IMG/VR virus record: IMGVR_UViG_3300009093_000034
Coordinates: 241,834-305,833 of that record
Reading direction: 5' to 3' (one strand)
Length of the DNA: 64,000 nucleotides
The notes under the pieces were generated by a model. That model was not told where the DNA came from and ran no database searches. It was given only the letters and a program-made list of their open reading frames with translations. Position 1 is the first letter of the stretch. Each line of letters begins with the position of its first letter. This document shows, piece after piece, positions 39,101-47,404 of this stretch. Made by a program: the position numbers and the translations under genes.

Positions 39101-41027
39101 GAATGTAAACTCCAGTTCCTCCAAGAACAATGGACTGAATCTCTGTACCAGGCTTGAAGTTATTTGCGATGTTTTGATTCAGAGCATCAATAAGAGTGAT
39201 GGTTCCGCTGGAGAAGTAACCAGAGAATGGAACTTGAGAGATAGTGAGAGGCGCGGTCTCAAATGCTGTAGCAACTCTGGTCTTCCAATCAAGGAAGGTC
39301 TCAGGCGTGAAAGGATCTGGGATCGTTCCACTGATCAAGTTGTCTAGGCTTTGAGTCATCAAATATCCTAGATTAAAATCAAGTAATCTAGCACCTGTGA
39401 TGGAGGTCATCGGAGACCAAGCACCGGTCGTACCATTGATGTTGTAGAAGCTAAGTTGGAAACCTCTTTGAACCGGAGTTTTAACACTGATAATAGGGTC
39501 TCCGATGCAAATCTTCTGGTAGTTATCTTCTCCGGTGACCGGGTTAACAGCTGGGATTGCACCAAACATGAAAGTAGCAGAGTTCTTGATATTTGGGTTG
39601 ATCTGAAGCGCACCTTGAATGGCGATGGTGGCATCTACTGAAACAGCAAGACCATCAGAGTTCTCAACGTACTCATAGAAGGTGATCAAGACTCCCCTAG
39701 AAGCCGTGACCTCATTGATGGTGGATCCTAAGTACTCGTTGAACTCAAAAGATAATCTACCTGTGACCTTTTGGATGATCTGAGCAAACTCTGTGGTCAA
39801 AACTCCTGTATTAGGAGGAAGGAAACTGTCTGCCACAACTCCGTTTAAGGTGAACAAGGTGTTCAAGGAAGACGTGGTAACGAAGTCTCCGATTGGGATA
39901 ACTTGAGGGTAAAAGTCAACAATATCAGAAGGCGCAAGAGTAAAACCACCGATGATCTTTCCAGATGGTGTAAGCTGAGCAAAGCCTGGACTAGAGTCAC
40001 TGATCGTTCTATAGATCGTGTAAGATCTGACAGAAGGCTCAATGTAGTTGTCGATGTTCACAGCTCTTACACCTTGAGTGGTGTTCTCAATGATGCTAAA
40101 ACCGCTTGAATCAAATCTGATGTAAGGAGTGTACTCGTCTGTGGTGATCGAGGTATCTTCTATGTCAGAGAATAGATAGACTCCTCCCTTAGGGAATTGC
40201 GCTACTTGAGAAGATGCATCGAACTCGTTGAGAGTTGGAAGCTCATAAACGATATCAGAAAGTCCTGGTTCGACAATTCCTGAGAACATGACCTTTTGGG
40301 TTTGGGTGTAGTGTTTGTCACTATCACCGTAAAAGTCAATTGCTCTGAAGACCTTTCCTTGGATAGGATTGGTAGGATCATTGAGTTGGTAGGTTGAGAC
40401 TGGGAAAACAGAGCCGATCGTGTAAAGACCTGAGAACAAGCCTTTGTACCCTGCATGAGATCCAAAGAACTTTCTCTTGTAAGCGATGCTTCTGATATCT
40501 CTGATCTTCCACTTGAGTTCTTCTCTCAAGTCTTCCATGCTTCCTGCAGAAAGAGAAGCTGCCCATTTCTCAGAGAACTTGTAGTCTGGAGAGTAACCAA
40601 GCAAGGTTGCAATGGCAACAAAGCTGTCGTCAATCTCAACTTGAGTCAGAAGTTGTGTGTAGTCTGGATGGTCTGGATAAAGATTGTCTAGATATCTATA
40701 AGGTTCGTGTAGGAACAAGTCCAACTCTGGTTGAGTGACACCTTCAACGTCCATGGAGTAGAAGGTTGGCATTGGACTGGTCGTTGGAGGTACCAATGAT
40801 GGGCCATAGACTGGAGCAACAACACCGTTGACTGTTTTGGTCGGATGAATTGATGCTGACGATGAAAGGGACAGACCTGGGATCGTCTTTGTCTTTCCCA
40901 TCAAGAACTGCCAAAAAGGGTTTTGGAGAGCAGATGGAAGAAGATTGTTTAAAGAGATGGATGGGAGTTCATTGGTGATCTGAACTCGTTTTACTAGATT
41001 GAACTCGGAATCTGAGGTGTATCCCAT
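33183..41027 (-). CDS. 2614-aa baseplate/fibre-attachment protein
   Basis: C-terminal ITEVGVFNKAGQMLAYGTFPPI (baseplate wedge/fibre type); internal Asp-box TSTDGGATW and DWII repeats; follows the J-like gene. Confidence 0.7.
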   Translation of the reverse strand: MGYTSDSEFNLVKRVQITNELPSISLNNLLPSALQNPFWQFLMGKTKTIPGLSLSSSASIHPTKTVNGVVAPVYGPSLVPPTTSPMPTFYSMDVEGVTQPELDLFLHEPYRYLDNLYPDHPDYTQLLTQVEIDDSFVAIATLLGYSPDYKFSEKWAASLSAGSMEDLREELKWKIRDIRSIAYKRKFFGSHAGYKGLFSGLYTIGSVFPVSTYQLNDPTNPIQGKVFRAIDFYGDSDKHYTQTQKVMFSGIVEPGLSDIVYELPTLNEFDASSQVAQFPKGGVYLFSDIEDTSITTDEYTPYIRFDSSGFSIIENTTQGVRAVNIDNYIEPSVRSYTIYRTISDSSPGFAQLTPSGKIIGGFTLAPSDIVDFYPQVIPIGDFVTTSSLNTLFTLNGVVADSFLPPNTGVLTTEFAQIIQKVTGRLSFEFNEYLGSTINEVTASRGVLITFYEYVENSDGLAVSVDATIAIQGALQINPNIKNSATFMFGAIPAVNPVTGEDNYQKICIGDPIISVKTPVQRGFQLSFYNINGTTGAWSPMTSITGARLLDFNLGYLMTQSLDNLISGTIPDPFTPETFLDWKTRVATAFETAPLTISQVPFSGYFSSGTITLIDALNQNIANNFKPGTEIQSIVLGGTGVYIQTIQDNVIVLGGLQNELSAYPDGTYNFTAFVLGEFPNGKVPPFQFKSDFLSAFPNLINNAFVFLWAGQDWKTPSLDYVDGFKDLNLYDPRSLIHPLMTTDYLDRPYATVQYQRELFLDVGINRMLYHKNSLNLKSAGIYLCLMDLPWLDHLYTDLVNAQKASEVVSVGAQINLSTDNSGYSSIFPGQTFSDPNIQASFIVFPEIYAIDSIPASVKIGSGGFGSFSRSSLFVSSSDTVRPPMYGASHFDINQPIDGNILNRGMYASPKALIGGSSGGGGSTSNSSLEIPLFETLIGEYEFTKLTDPNSNSNTVRAITPTFQERTIDVTIPLPNEVNVADQHIYQDITYKTGSFTPFVSLGTWNLLIGTSGPIFPDDGTAINQYYSLSNSVEIDSIIYFAGDWIIWSGSAWTYKKWKPLGIYNVLSPPDLTTFNFSSVIEVPSGSNIPDMVAAGDTYYFIANGDVSGTPSGLPPGTEVNKYDWIIYSQEHGEVSPSWKATWAHQTDLFNIPINYTEVTLGAILQALVAMRANALDEFSTIFDLPHTLIAQGSGDFLIPLVLPAQGVDNHGTTFDLSSGPVLQEKDQLGNVSYVLTDASDIKHTLDFKEPKYFKNLLPLAGTISKIDDNSTTIIPASGVPFDISQVSLFDQVKTAQEVLFRNAYLPSEETLYTNQYTDLVGVMERVNPSDPAPTKLVPISSDPTRVDQFRTSLLTLLANSDGPPIVGDLINSAAYGYDRFYDGSFERVYFKNLLLVAAQIVYDGSDPSTLNTLLPLSTSTSDQHAFTLASQLLSSGDTIQQFMFQKGTIFTTATSDLPLTAPTIIDDYQGTYFLGNATGEFAILAGGVDPSQATPGVWVTGILASDESTAVTGLIYSEATLSWIVSTQAGRLYSVTSVAGSGTPTVNEILLTGSWTPGQAINSLGKSSVQTSGLWTTRVMLVGDGGQIMYFDYTEGSSSALVFNVYDLSSFLPPGAPGGFSWTSVSFTEVIFLNGKWTIAGNVPSSNAAILLTTDLITPPIFGVITDELGATNRQINALATDGINLVASGVTTDATKQLLTSTDGGATWTGSSIDAVNTTLTILGMVYSLGTWYYYGNTGTLYVFNPLTDTDPQSRTLATSGNIVSSAVFMGEIILIDTLSHSFFAGTSVTGGTEFVVGDHYAVNISSTRITLSESLITTDAFAPGELSKILLIAFNTIRPIDKEWSGIPLDKLQSFSDPVSGQFPIQFVLPVDSKTYANRIYLPRTNLSLTNPDSPFYIHQNGYPLPSENANLYKIDPTGALVGNQNSALQNIWLCDGLGNYIDNSFAELSVTDFDLVQQAGVITGVSNPRVLSYTPIYETYASWLESGADFQEIQGAVPAVHGGGDLNTVQIAEIHNLQTDDPPYLILTEGLTPSANPDQQAIRMTFLPQTPVAVPLVGIPHYEQETTSGNLGLAALVDNGQVFYQIPQYSGALVPAPVPSTGTNPGFESVHQTYSLAPQEDLQAQFQSNAGSPLVLQDSDTGRWYVTLDLLITGAFFPKNGVGGTGGGLGSYIGQDPSDPTLPWVTDPDAFMWLGSGHTTPIYVKNTRGDWVNLTTSTGTLVLDGSSDPIPIQAPLYLLYSEVLNNLGTVIGNVSITIPSNISISGVTNTATAVSVMLSTRLSSSSQVGDSVQLNLLTAASITLSPSNFKNSSLWAQVTKSQIVTFPPDRVSYENSTYPLDDPTLFTTGNFVNANQSPVYLADDQGNLIYAYPPGTTTSVPIVLVTEAFQPQQPVYLFNQDWFTTAFFDVQDTDSNPLWQYLQIQDIYENQQWSQLVKIYQKKKSSFKGIHVYSEVASDLAYVKSTLGYTINDTTPGVVSFPQAQAFDSINGELNVILTANRNITNAVSQVYGLRYFFNLPDVYTDASDIDTISILPASVDAKYMINTKRNTLDPKSQESATVSITEVGVFNKAGQMLAYGTFPPIIYNTTRHHLSFNLFIKEGQFTIPSTN

Positions 41028-41045
41028 AAAGAAATTAGTGGGATT

Positions 41046-43526
41046 TTAGTTAGCCGTAATTTGTTGAACAGTAACGGTTATGTCGTTAGAAGCAACTGCT
41101 ACGATGTCATTCCAGTTAGATGGTGCAATATCGTTCAACAATGGAATGGCTGCGACCTCTACTTGCACGATCGTTGACAAGTAACCTGCAACTTGAGAAG
41201 CGTTGGTTGGATCGATTCCAGATGGTACGTTGAAGTAACTAAGAGGAAGAGTCAAGATTCCTGTTGCATAGTCTGGGTTCGAGGTGTCATAGATCTCAGA
41301 GAAGGTCAAGTTGAAGTTGTTGATGTATCGTGTGTCGATCTGGTAACACTGAGCTCCACCAGGAAGAGGAACTTGGAGGTTGGTAGGGACATCTGAAAGA
41401 GCGAAGATCTTCTTGTTACCTTGAGAGTCTGTAACATAAGGTCTGATCTCAAAAGGAGACTGGTTAGAAGATCGTGCCCTGGTCAAGACGAAAGAAGGAG
41501 TTGTTACCTCAGAGATCTGAGGATACTGAGCAAGACGAATTAAACGAGTGTTGTAGTTGTCACCAGTTTCTTGTGGCATCTCCCAAGCGGTGTTAGGATT
41601 GTCCACTGGGAAGGTCTGTCCAGCCAAGTTCTCAGAGTAACCATCGTTGAAAGAGACAGTAGAAGGGTTTCCACCCGTGAATAAGTTTCTCTGATCGTAA
41701 ACCAAGAAGGTTCTGTTAGATTGAGCTGCAGCACTTGGGTTGTTCAAGAAGTTGAGTTCGATCCTGAAGATGTAAGGCGTGTTCTCCTTGTAACTCTGGA
41801 AACCAGAGGACAAAGGAGTCTCTCCATAAACCTTGTCGAAGGTGAAAGGAATGTTAACCAAGGTAGGTAGAACGTTTCCAGAGTCAATCGTCAAGGTGAT
41901 GTTTGAGAGAGGTGTATCTGCTAGAGCTTCAAGAAGTGTCTCAACATCATCAGCGAAAGCAAAGGACTTGGCAAGGAAGTTAAACTCAGAATCTCTGAAG
42001 ATGGACTTGAAATCTGCAGCAAAGATAGAGAAGTTGTCCAAGAGAAGTTGTTGCTCCATGGCTACGATCTCAGACTCAGAGGTATCTGTGCTCGTTGTTG
42101 AGACAACAACACCTAAAGCGAGAGAGATGATGTTAGGATCAATGTAAGTAAGAACGTCTGTAGGACTCATGAGGTCAGCCATAGCTTGAGCAACTGGTCC
42201 AACCAAAGTAGCTTGACCATTGGCAAGAGCTGTACCATCACTTGAGATGGCTGTGACATTAACAGTAGAGTACTTTTGATCGCTAGATGCAATGGTGCCA
42301 GGGAAGACCTTGACCTTGTTCAAGCCGACTTGAGAGTAAGTCTTGATTTGAGACTCGTAAGCTCCGATTGTTGCGATAGCGTAAGAATCTAGATAAGAAG
42401 AAGGTGCAGTTTCTCTAAGAGTTGAGATATTGTCAGCGTCAGACCCACCCAAGATTGAGTTGATGTTGGAAGCTTGAAGGAACTTTGACACTGCTCCAGT
42501 TCTTGGGTCAATGATTGATCCGTTGTTTGGAGGGATGATTCCGGTGATCTGATACTTGGTGTCTAGGTTTCCAAGAGAACCTGCTGTCTGCAAGTACTCC
42601 ATGGTGATCTTTGCTCCAGGAGGCAGGGTTGCTCCTGTAACTCCGTCACCTGTCTTGAATAGAACTCCAGAAAGATCTGGTAGATTCACGGCCTCGAAGA
42701 CTTGATCTATTGGACCTGCCAACAAGATGTTGTCAGTTTGAAACCACTCGACCTTTTGGTTAGGATCATTCGTGGTGTTGACGAAGTACTTTAGAAACTG
42801 TCTTGAGATGTTGTTTGAAGCATCTTCGCAGTTATTGACTGGAAGAAGAAAAGACTCAAACTTTGTTCCTTGGGCCATTCCCAAGTCGTAGCTTTGAATC
42901 TTTCCTTGGATGACTGGGATCTCAAGATACTTTATGCCTGACCATCCACCTTGCTGATAGAAGTCTTCAAGTTTTGTTGGGTCAGATGAGATGTTGCTCC
43001 AAGCTTCTTTCAAAGTTCTTGATGCAACGTTCGTTGTTGCTATGTATTGGTATCCGTTAGAGGCCGGGAAGACCGTACCTTCGATGACCGTGTAACCTTT
43101 TGGAAAGGTCCATGGAACCAAGGCTTGGGTTCTTGACAAGACCTGAGGATCTGGGTCTTCTGAGATATCATCAAAGTTGGATTGATCATCTAGACCGAAG
43201 AAGGTTCGACCAAAGTTAGGAAGTCTTGATGTTCCTTGAGGGTCTGTGTGAGAAACAATGATCACTCCGATGGCACTTCTTGGTCTGTGAGCTTTGTAAG
43301 CGATCAACGGAGCCATGGTCATCAGAGATGAAAGGTTCTGGGCAGCGTTCCACTTCTTCTCAGCGAGCAAGTACTCCATGTATCTGGAGATCTCGGCAAG
43401 GCCGTCAGAGAATGTTCCGAAAAGAGCTTGAATGGTTCCATTCTCAGAAAGAAGGGCCCAATCAACGTCTGTTCTCATTCTTGAGAGTAGTCTTGCTAGA
43501 ATTGCTGAAGGGTCAAAGCGTAACAT
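41046..43526 (-). CDS. Baseplate wedge subunit (T4 gp6 / gpJ-like)
   Basis: LFKTGDGVTGATLPPGAKITMEYLQTAGSLGN, GGSDADNISTLRETAP, AIATIGAYE. Confidence 0.8.
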   Translation of the reverse strand: MLRFDPSAILARLLSRMRTDVDWALLSENGTIQALFGTFSDGLAEISRYMEYLLAEKKWNAAQNLSSLMTMAPLIAYKAHRPRSAIGVIIVSHTDPQGTSRLPNFGRTFFGLDDQSNFDDISEDPDPQVLSRTQALVPWTFPKGYTVIEGTVFPASNGYQYIATTNVASRTLKEAWSNISSDPTKLEDFYQQGGWSGIKYLEIPVIQGKIQSYDLGMAQGTKFESFLLPVNNCEDASNNISRQFLKYFVNTTNDPNQKVEWFQTDNILLAGPIDQVFEAVNLPDLSGVLFKTGDGVTGATLPPGAKITMEYLQTAGSLGNLDTKYQITGIIPPNNGSIIDPRTGAVSKFLQASNINSILGGSDADNISTLRETAPSSYLDSYAIATIGAYESQIKTYSQVGLNKVKVFPGTIASSDQKYSTVNVTAISSDGTALANGQATLVGPVAQAMADLMSPTDVLTYIDPNIISLALGVVVSTTSTDTSESEIVAMEQQLLLDNFSIFAADFKSIFRDSEFNFLAKSFAFADDVETLLEALADTPLSNITLTIDSGNVLPTLVNIPFTFDKVYGETPLSSGFQSYKENTPYIFRIELNFLNNPSAAAQSNRTFLVYDQRNLFTGGNPSTVSFNDGYSENLAGQTFPVDNPNTAWEMPQETGDNYNTRLIRLAQYPQISEVTTPSFVLTRARSSNQSPFEIRPYVTDSQGNKKIFALSDVPTNLQVPLPGGAQCYQIDTRYINNFNLTFSEIYDTSNPDYATGILTLPLSYFNVPSGIDPTNASQVAGYLSTIVQVEVAAIPLLNDIAPSNWNDIVAVASNDITVTVQQITAN

Positions 43527-43545
43527 CGTGTTTAATTAGTGTTTC

Positions 43546-43986
43546 TTATTGAAGATGGGAAATTCCCTGATAAAGGTTTCCAACGTATCCTGTTAGAGTA
43601 TCCTTAGCCACGATCTTAATCCTCCAGCCAACATTGGCATAGTCAGGATCAACGGACAAAGCAAGAATAGCGATAGAAGGGAACTGAGCAGAGATAGCAT
43701 TGAGAAGATCTGCACCGAGTTGTTGAGCACCTTGAGCACTCAAGGTATACTTTCTCAATCCATCAAAGAAACCACCAAAACCTGGTCGTCTGTAGTAGTC
43801 TCCACCTGTTGATTGAAGCCAGATTTCTAGATCGTTGACGATAACTTGACCATATTGGACATCAATTGTCAAAGCTCCAGAAGGAGGAGTTGAGTACTTG
43901 ACGTCGAGATAGTTGACAGACTGCTTGTATTGAGAGTTGAGGTTCTTAACACCTTGGCTAATGATAGATCCGACAGAGACGCTCAT
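43546..43986 (-). CDS. Baseplate wedge gp25/gpW-like protein
   Basis: WLQSTGGDYYRRPGFGG pattern; directly upstream of the J-like gene; TAATG overlap at 43986. Confidence 0.65.
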   Translation of the reverse strand: MSVSVGSIISQGVKNLNSQYKQSVNYLDVKYSTPPSGALTIDVQYGQVIVNDLEIWLQSTGGDYYRRPGFGGFFDGLRKYTLSAQGAQQLGADLLNAISAQFPSIAILALSVDPDYANVGWRIKIVAKDTLTGYVGNLYQGISHLQ

Positions 43987-44603
43987 TACATGTACCCCTG
44001 AAGAACCCAAGTTTGACCTTGATCTGGTGTAGCATCAAACTGGACCATTCTATACTTGTAGGTGATTGAGTAGTCTGCTCCATCTTTGTTCCAACCAAGT
44101 TCAAGATCTGGAATAGATGTAGGTTTGAGTCCCCAGAATGAGAACCTAAACTTTGGGATCATTTGATCCCAAAGATAGTCGTAAACTATGATCTCTGCGT
44201 GCTTAAGTTTTCCGACCTTTCCACTGATGAAGGTGTCTCGAACTCTGTCGTAATATCTAGCTAACCATCCTTGATGAAATGTCCAAACTGGAAGATAGTT
44301 TCCTTCATACCATGTGAAAGTGACTTCATTAGGGACATCAACTCCCGTGACAAAGGAATCTCTGTATGAGACGTGAACGTCAGAGAACTTAAGAGTTGGA
44401 TTCTTGATTTGAACTCCGTTGCAAAGCAACGCGATGGTCTGAGTGTTGTCTGCGTTGGTGCTATCTTCATATCCGACTTCATCGGTTATCTGAACTTGAA
44501 GAAGGTTCGGATTGAATGTGGTTCTAAAGACTGAACCATCAACCAACGGGGATGTAAAGGTTCCACCGTTAGCGCCTGCAATCGTTAAAATGTCGTTAGC
44601 CAT
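43986..44603 (-). CDS. Tail-tube-fold protein (gp48/gp54-like initiator candidate)
   Basis: VPNEVTFTWYE...W..HQGWL; distantly like its three upstream neighbours. Confidence 0.5.
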   Translation of the reverse strand: MANDILTIAGANGGTFTSPLVDGSVFRTTFNPNLLQVQITDEVGYEDSTNADNTQTIALLCNGVQIKNPTLKFSDVHVSYRDSFVTGVDVPNEVTFTWYEGNYLPVWTFHQGWLARYYDRVRDTFISGKVGKLKHAEIIVYDYLWDQMIPKFRFSFWGLKPTSIPDLELGWNKDGADYSITYKYRMVQFDATPDQGQTWVLQGYM

Positions 44604-44613
44604 CTAACTTTCC

Positions 44614-45399
44614 TTATGGTGCTGGGACAAATGGAAGTCTTTGTCCTGGGATGCCTGTAGCTGGTGCATCTGGTGGATTTTGTGCTACGGAGTGTCTGAT
44701 CATATCTTGCATCGCAGTAGAGTCATTACTGGTCGTGTCTTGTTGGAAGGTCTGGAAAGAAGCATCAGGATCTTGGTTGTCCAAGAATTGATAAGGGTAA
44801 GAGCTAGTGTAAGGATCGAAGTAAAACGTAACCTCTGTTTCTAGAACCGAGGCTTCTCCAGTGGTGTAAGTAGGAGGAGTTACTTCTGTGACATACACGT
44901 TTCTGAAGATCCAAAGGTATCCAGCAGTCGTGTCAGACGTGTCTGTTGCGTCTTCTAAGTACTCTAGAACTCCAAGTCCTGACTTATAAATCGCAGATGA
45001 ACTTTGGCCTTGAATAGGAACCTTGATGTCAATCTCACTGATCGGGTTTCCATATTGGTGTCCAGCTTCTGGACCTAATGTTCCTGAGAAGTTTCTTTTT
45101 GCTCGTTGAAGAAGCAAGAAGAGTTGATAGTTGGCGTCTACTCTGAACCTGATCTTGAATGTTGGGTCTCCTTCTTGTCTAGAACCTTGTCTAGGAAGGT
45201 TTGTTGCCCAGTACTTTACCATCTGAGTGTCTGTTTTGAACTCAGGAGGGGTGAAGTCCTTTAATCTCCATCTGAAATCACTGGATAGGCTAGCCGTAAG
45301 TTGTTCCTCAACAAAGTTGGGGTTCCACTTAATCGTAGCCACAAAGAGATTAGAGAAGGCATCAGGAGTGATTGGAAGTCTAGTGTTCAGGGTTCCCAT
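44614..45399 (-). CDS. Tail-tube-fold paralog
   Basis: FTPPEFK...FKIRFRVDANY...WIFRNVYV...PPTY; ATG 45399. Confidence 0.6.
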   Translation of the reverse strand: MGTLNTRLPITPDAFSNLFVATIKWNPNFVEEQLTASLSSDFRWRLKDFTPPEFKTDTQMVKYWATNLPRQGSRQEGDPTFKIRFRVDANYQLFLLLQRAKRNFSGTLGPEAGHQYGNPISEIDIKVPIQGQSSSAIYKSGLGVLEYLEDATDTSDTTAGYLWIFRNVYVTEVTPPTYTTGEASVLETEVTFYFDPYTSSYPYQFLDNQDPDASFQTFQQDTTSNDSTAMQDMIRHSVAQNPPDAPATGIPGQRLPFVPAP

Positions 45400-45425
45400 G
45401 AACAATTAGTAATTAGCTAGGGCTC

Positions 45426-46253
45426 TTAAAATGTTCCACCAGCTACGCCTAGACCAGACTGAGCTTGTTGTTCAGTTTGGATGTTGTCGTCTAGATCATA
45501 CTCTGGCGTGTCAAAGTCCTGGAAGATAAAGTCAATCTTGATCTTTTGAGGTGAATCAGCTTCACCAGTCTTAAAGGCAACTGGTTCGATACCAACAATT
45601 CCTACGTTGAAGAACACCCAAGTAAGAGGAGCAGGTCCTCCACCAAGAAGAGCTGTTAGAGTAGAGGTGTCATTGGATGTGATGATCCCATCAGAGACAC
45701 CTTGACTATCATCCTGCCATCTTGTTCTTTGACTTGTGTCAGAACCACCAAATTGATGAAGAGGAGCAGATGCTGCAGACACAGTAACAGTTCCCAAGAA
45801 CTGAGGATCATTGAATCTGGTATAATCTACAAGTCCAGTTTCAGGACTGAAGAAAGCGTTTCTCCAGATCACGAATCTCTTGTAAACCTGATAGAAGGCG
45901 TCGATTCTGAACTCAAGAGAAAAGAACCTGTCACCTTCAATCTGAGGCTTTACCAATGTGGCACCTCCTGTGAGGTACCTGTTCATGTAAGTCTCCATCT
46001 TGAATTGAGGTGGAGTAAAACCATCTACACGAATGGAGTCGGTTTGAAGAGTGAGTGGGTCTGGAATGTTAAGGACAGTTGGATATTGAATCGCAAGGTC
46101 AAAAAGATTGGCCTGAGCGTCTCCACCTTCAGCGTAAAGAGATTGAGCTTGTGTGACTAAAGGTGTGTTACCTTCACCGATAGACCCAATGATGCTGCCG
46201 ATGTTTCGAACAGCACTAGATGCACCGGTGAGGGCAGTGACAAAGTTTGCCAT
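45426..46253 (-). CDS. Tail-tube-fold paralog
   Basis: FTPPQFK...FSLEFRIDAFY...WVFFNV. Confidence 0.6.
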   Translation of the reverse strand: MANFVTALTGASSAVRNIGSIIGSIGEGNTPLVTQAQSLYAEGGDAQANLFDLAIQYPTVLNIPDPLTLQTDSIRVDGFTPPQFKMETYMNRYLTGGATLVKPQIEGDRFFSLEFRIDAFYQVYKRFVIWRNAFFSPETGLVDYTRFNDPQFLGTVTVSAASAPLHQFGGSDTSQRTRWQDDSQGVSDGIITSNDTSTLTALLGGGPAPLTWVFFNVGIVGIEPVAFKTGEADSPQKIKIDFIFQDFDTPEYDLDDNIQTEQQAQSGLGVAGGTF

Positions 46254-46270
46254 CTAAGGCCTACTTCTAA

Positions 46271-46987
46271 TTAGAATGAGTTTCCGTAAAGAGGGAAGGT
46301 AACAGGATCAAGCCAGTCACCGAAGTTCAAGGTAACCTTGGTCATGATCTTACCATCTTCTCCGTTCTTAAAGGAAGGAGGATCGACTTGCTCAACCCAA
46401 ACGTTTCTGAAGGCCCAAGTATCAACTCCATCAGCATCGGTGAAGGAACCAGAAGTAACTCCATCTGCTGTGAAGATCGCAGCGCCGTCTGCTGAGTAGA
46501 TTGGTCTGTTTAGAGCTCTGACGTAAACATATCCAAAGACGTTGTTAACGTCTGGAGCACCAGAGGTAGCTGGATCGTTAGCTCCGGCTCCCCAGAGTGC
46601 AGAAGTTGAGTAACCCGTTGTTGCGTTAGAAACCAGAGACTTCCAAGCGTTGAAGAACTTGTAAACTCTGTAGAAAGCATCTACACGGAAAGAAAGCTCA
46701 AACGTTCTCTCCATGTCAACCTTGGTTGAAGGCATCTTGACAGAAACAGTCTTGTAAGAGTTTTCGTAAGTCTTGATCTTTGGGTTAGGAGGAGTGAAAC
46801 CTTCAACACGGACTAGCAAAGAGTCTAGGAAGGCAGGATCTCCTGAGAAGCTGTTAGCTGGGTCGCTGATTGCGGCAGCAACACCTGCGAGACCAGCTGG
46901 AGGAATGATAGCAATGTCGAACATGTTCTGCATTGCATCTGCGCCGGCTCCATAGAGTGCTTGTACTTGAGTGTTTAACGATGCCAT
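46271..46987 (-). CDS. Probable major tail tube protein (gp19-like fold)
   Basis: FTPPNPK...FELSFRVDAFY...WAFRNVWV...PPSF; the only one of the four with a full TAAGGAG SD plus a late motif. Confidence 0.6.
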   Translation of the reverse strand: MASLNTQVQALYGAGADAMQNMFDIAIIPPAGLAGVAAAISDPANSFSGDPAFLDSLLVRVEGFTPPNPKIKTYENSYKTVSVKMPSTKVDMERTFELSFRVDAFYRVYKFFNAWKSLVSNATTGYSTSALWGAGANDPATSGAPDVNNVFGYVYVRALNRPIYSADGAAIFTADGVTSGSFTDADGVDTWAFRNVWVEQVDPPSFKNGEDGKIMTKVTLNFGDWLDPVTFPLYGNSF

Positions 46988-47010
46988 TGATTCATCTCCT
47001 TAACGATTAA

Positions 47011-47403
47011 TTAGTGAGAAAAATCTAATGGACTTTCGTCAAGTGGGTCATCAGGTGGGAGACTAACATCCCAGCCTATTTGATGAAAGATCATGGCTAC
47101 CTCAGACTCTGTAGTAGCTTTTTTCACTAGCTCCATCGCAGGACTCTTTTTCTTCTTTCCCTTAAGAGCTTCTGTGATCATCTTTCCAAGAACTTCAGTC
47201 TTTACTTCTTCGGCAAGAGACATAGGAAGAGCAGAGAGCCAACCGTTCAGCACAGCATCAAAGATGAGTTCCTTTTGAGTTTCAGCCAAATCAGGATAAA
47301 GAACCTTGTCTTCTAGCATGTTAGTGACAGCGCTAATAGTGAACTTTACAGCAAAGAGAAAACGTTCTTTTAGTTGTTTTTGAGTTTCATCGTAATTTGA
47401 CAT
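47011..47403 (-). CDS. Hypothetical protein in tail module (possible assembly chaperone)
   Basis: Position only. Confidence 0.6.
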   Translation of the reverse strand: MSNYDETQKQLKERFLFAVKFTISAVTNMLEDKVLYPDLAETQKELIFDAVLNGWLSALPMSLAEEVKTEVLGKMITEALKGKKKKSPAMELVKKATTESEVAMIFHQIGWDVSLPPDDPLDESPLDFSH

Positions 47404-47404
47404 G

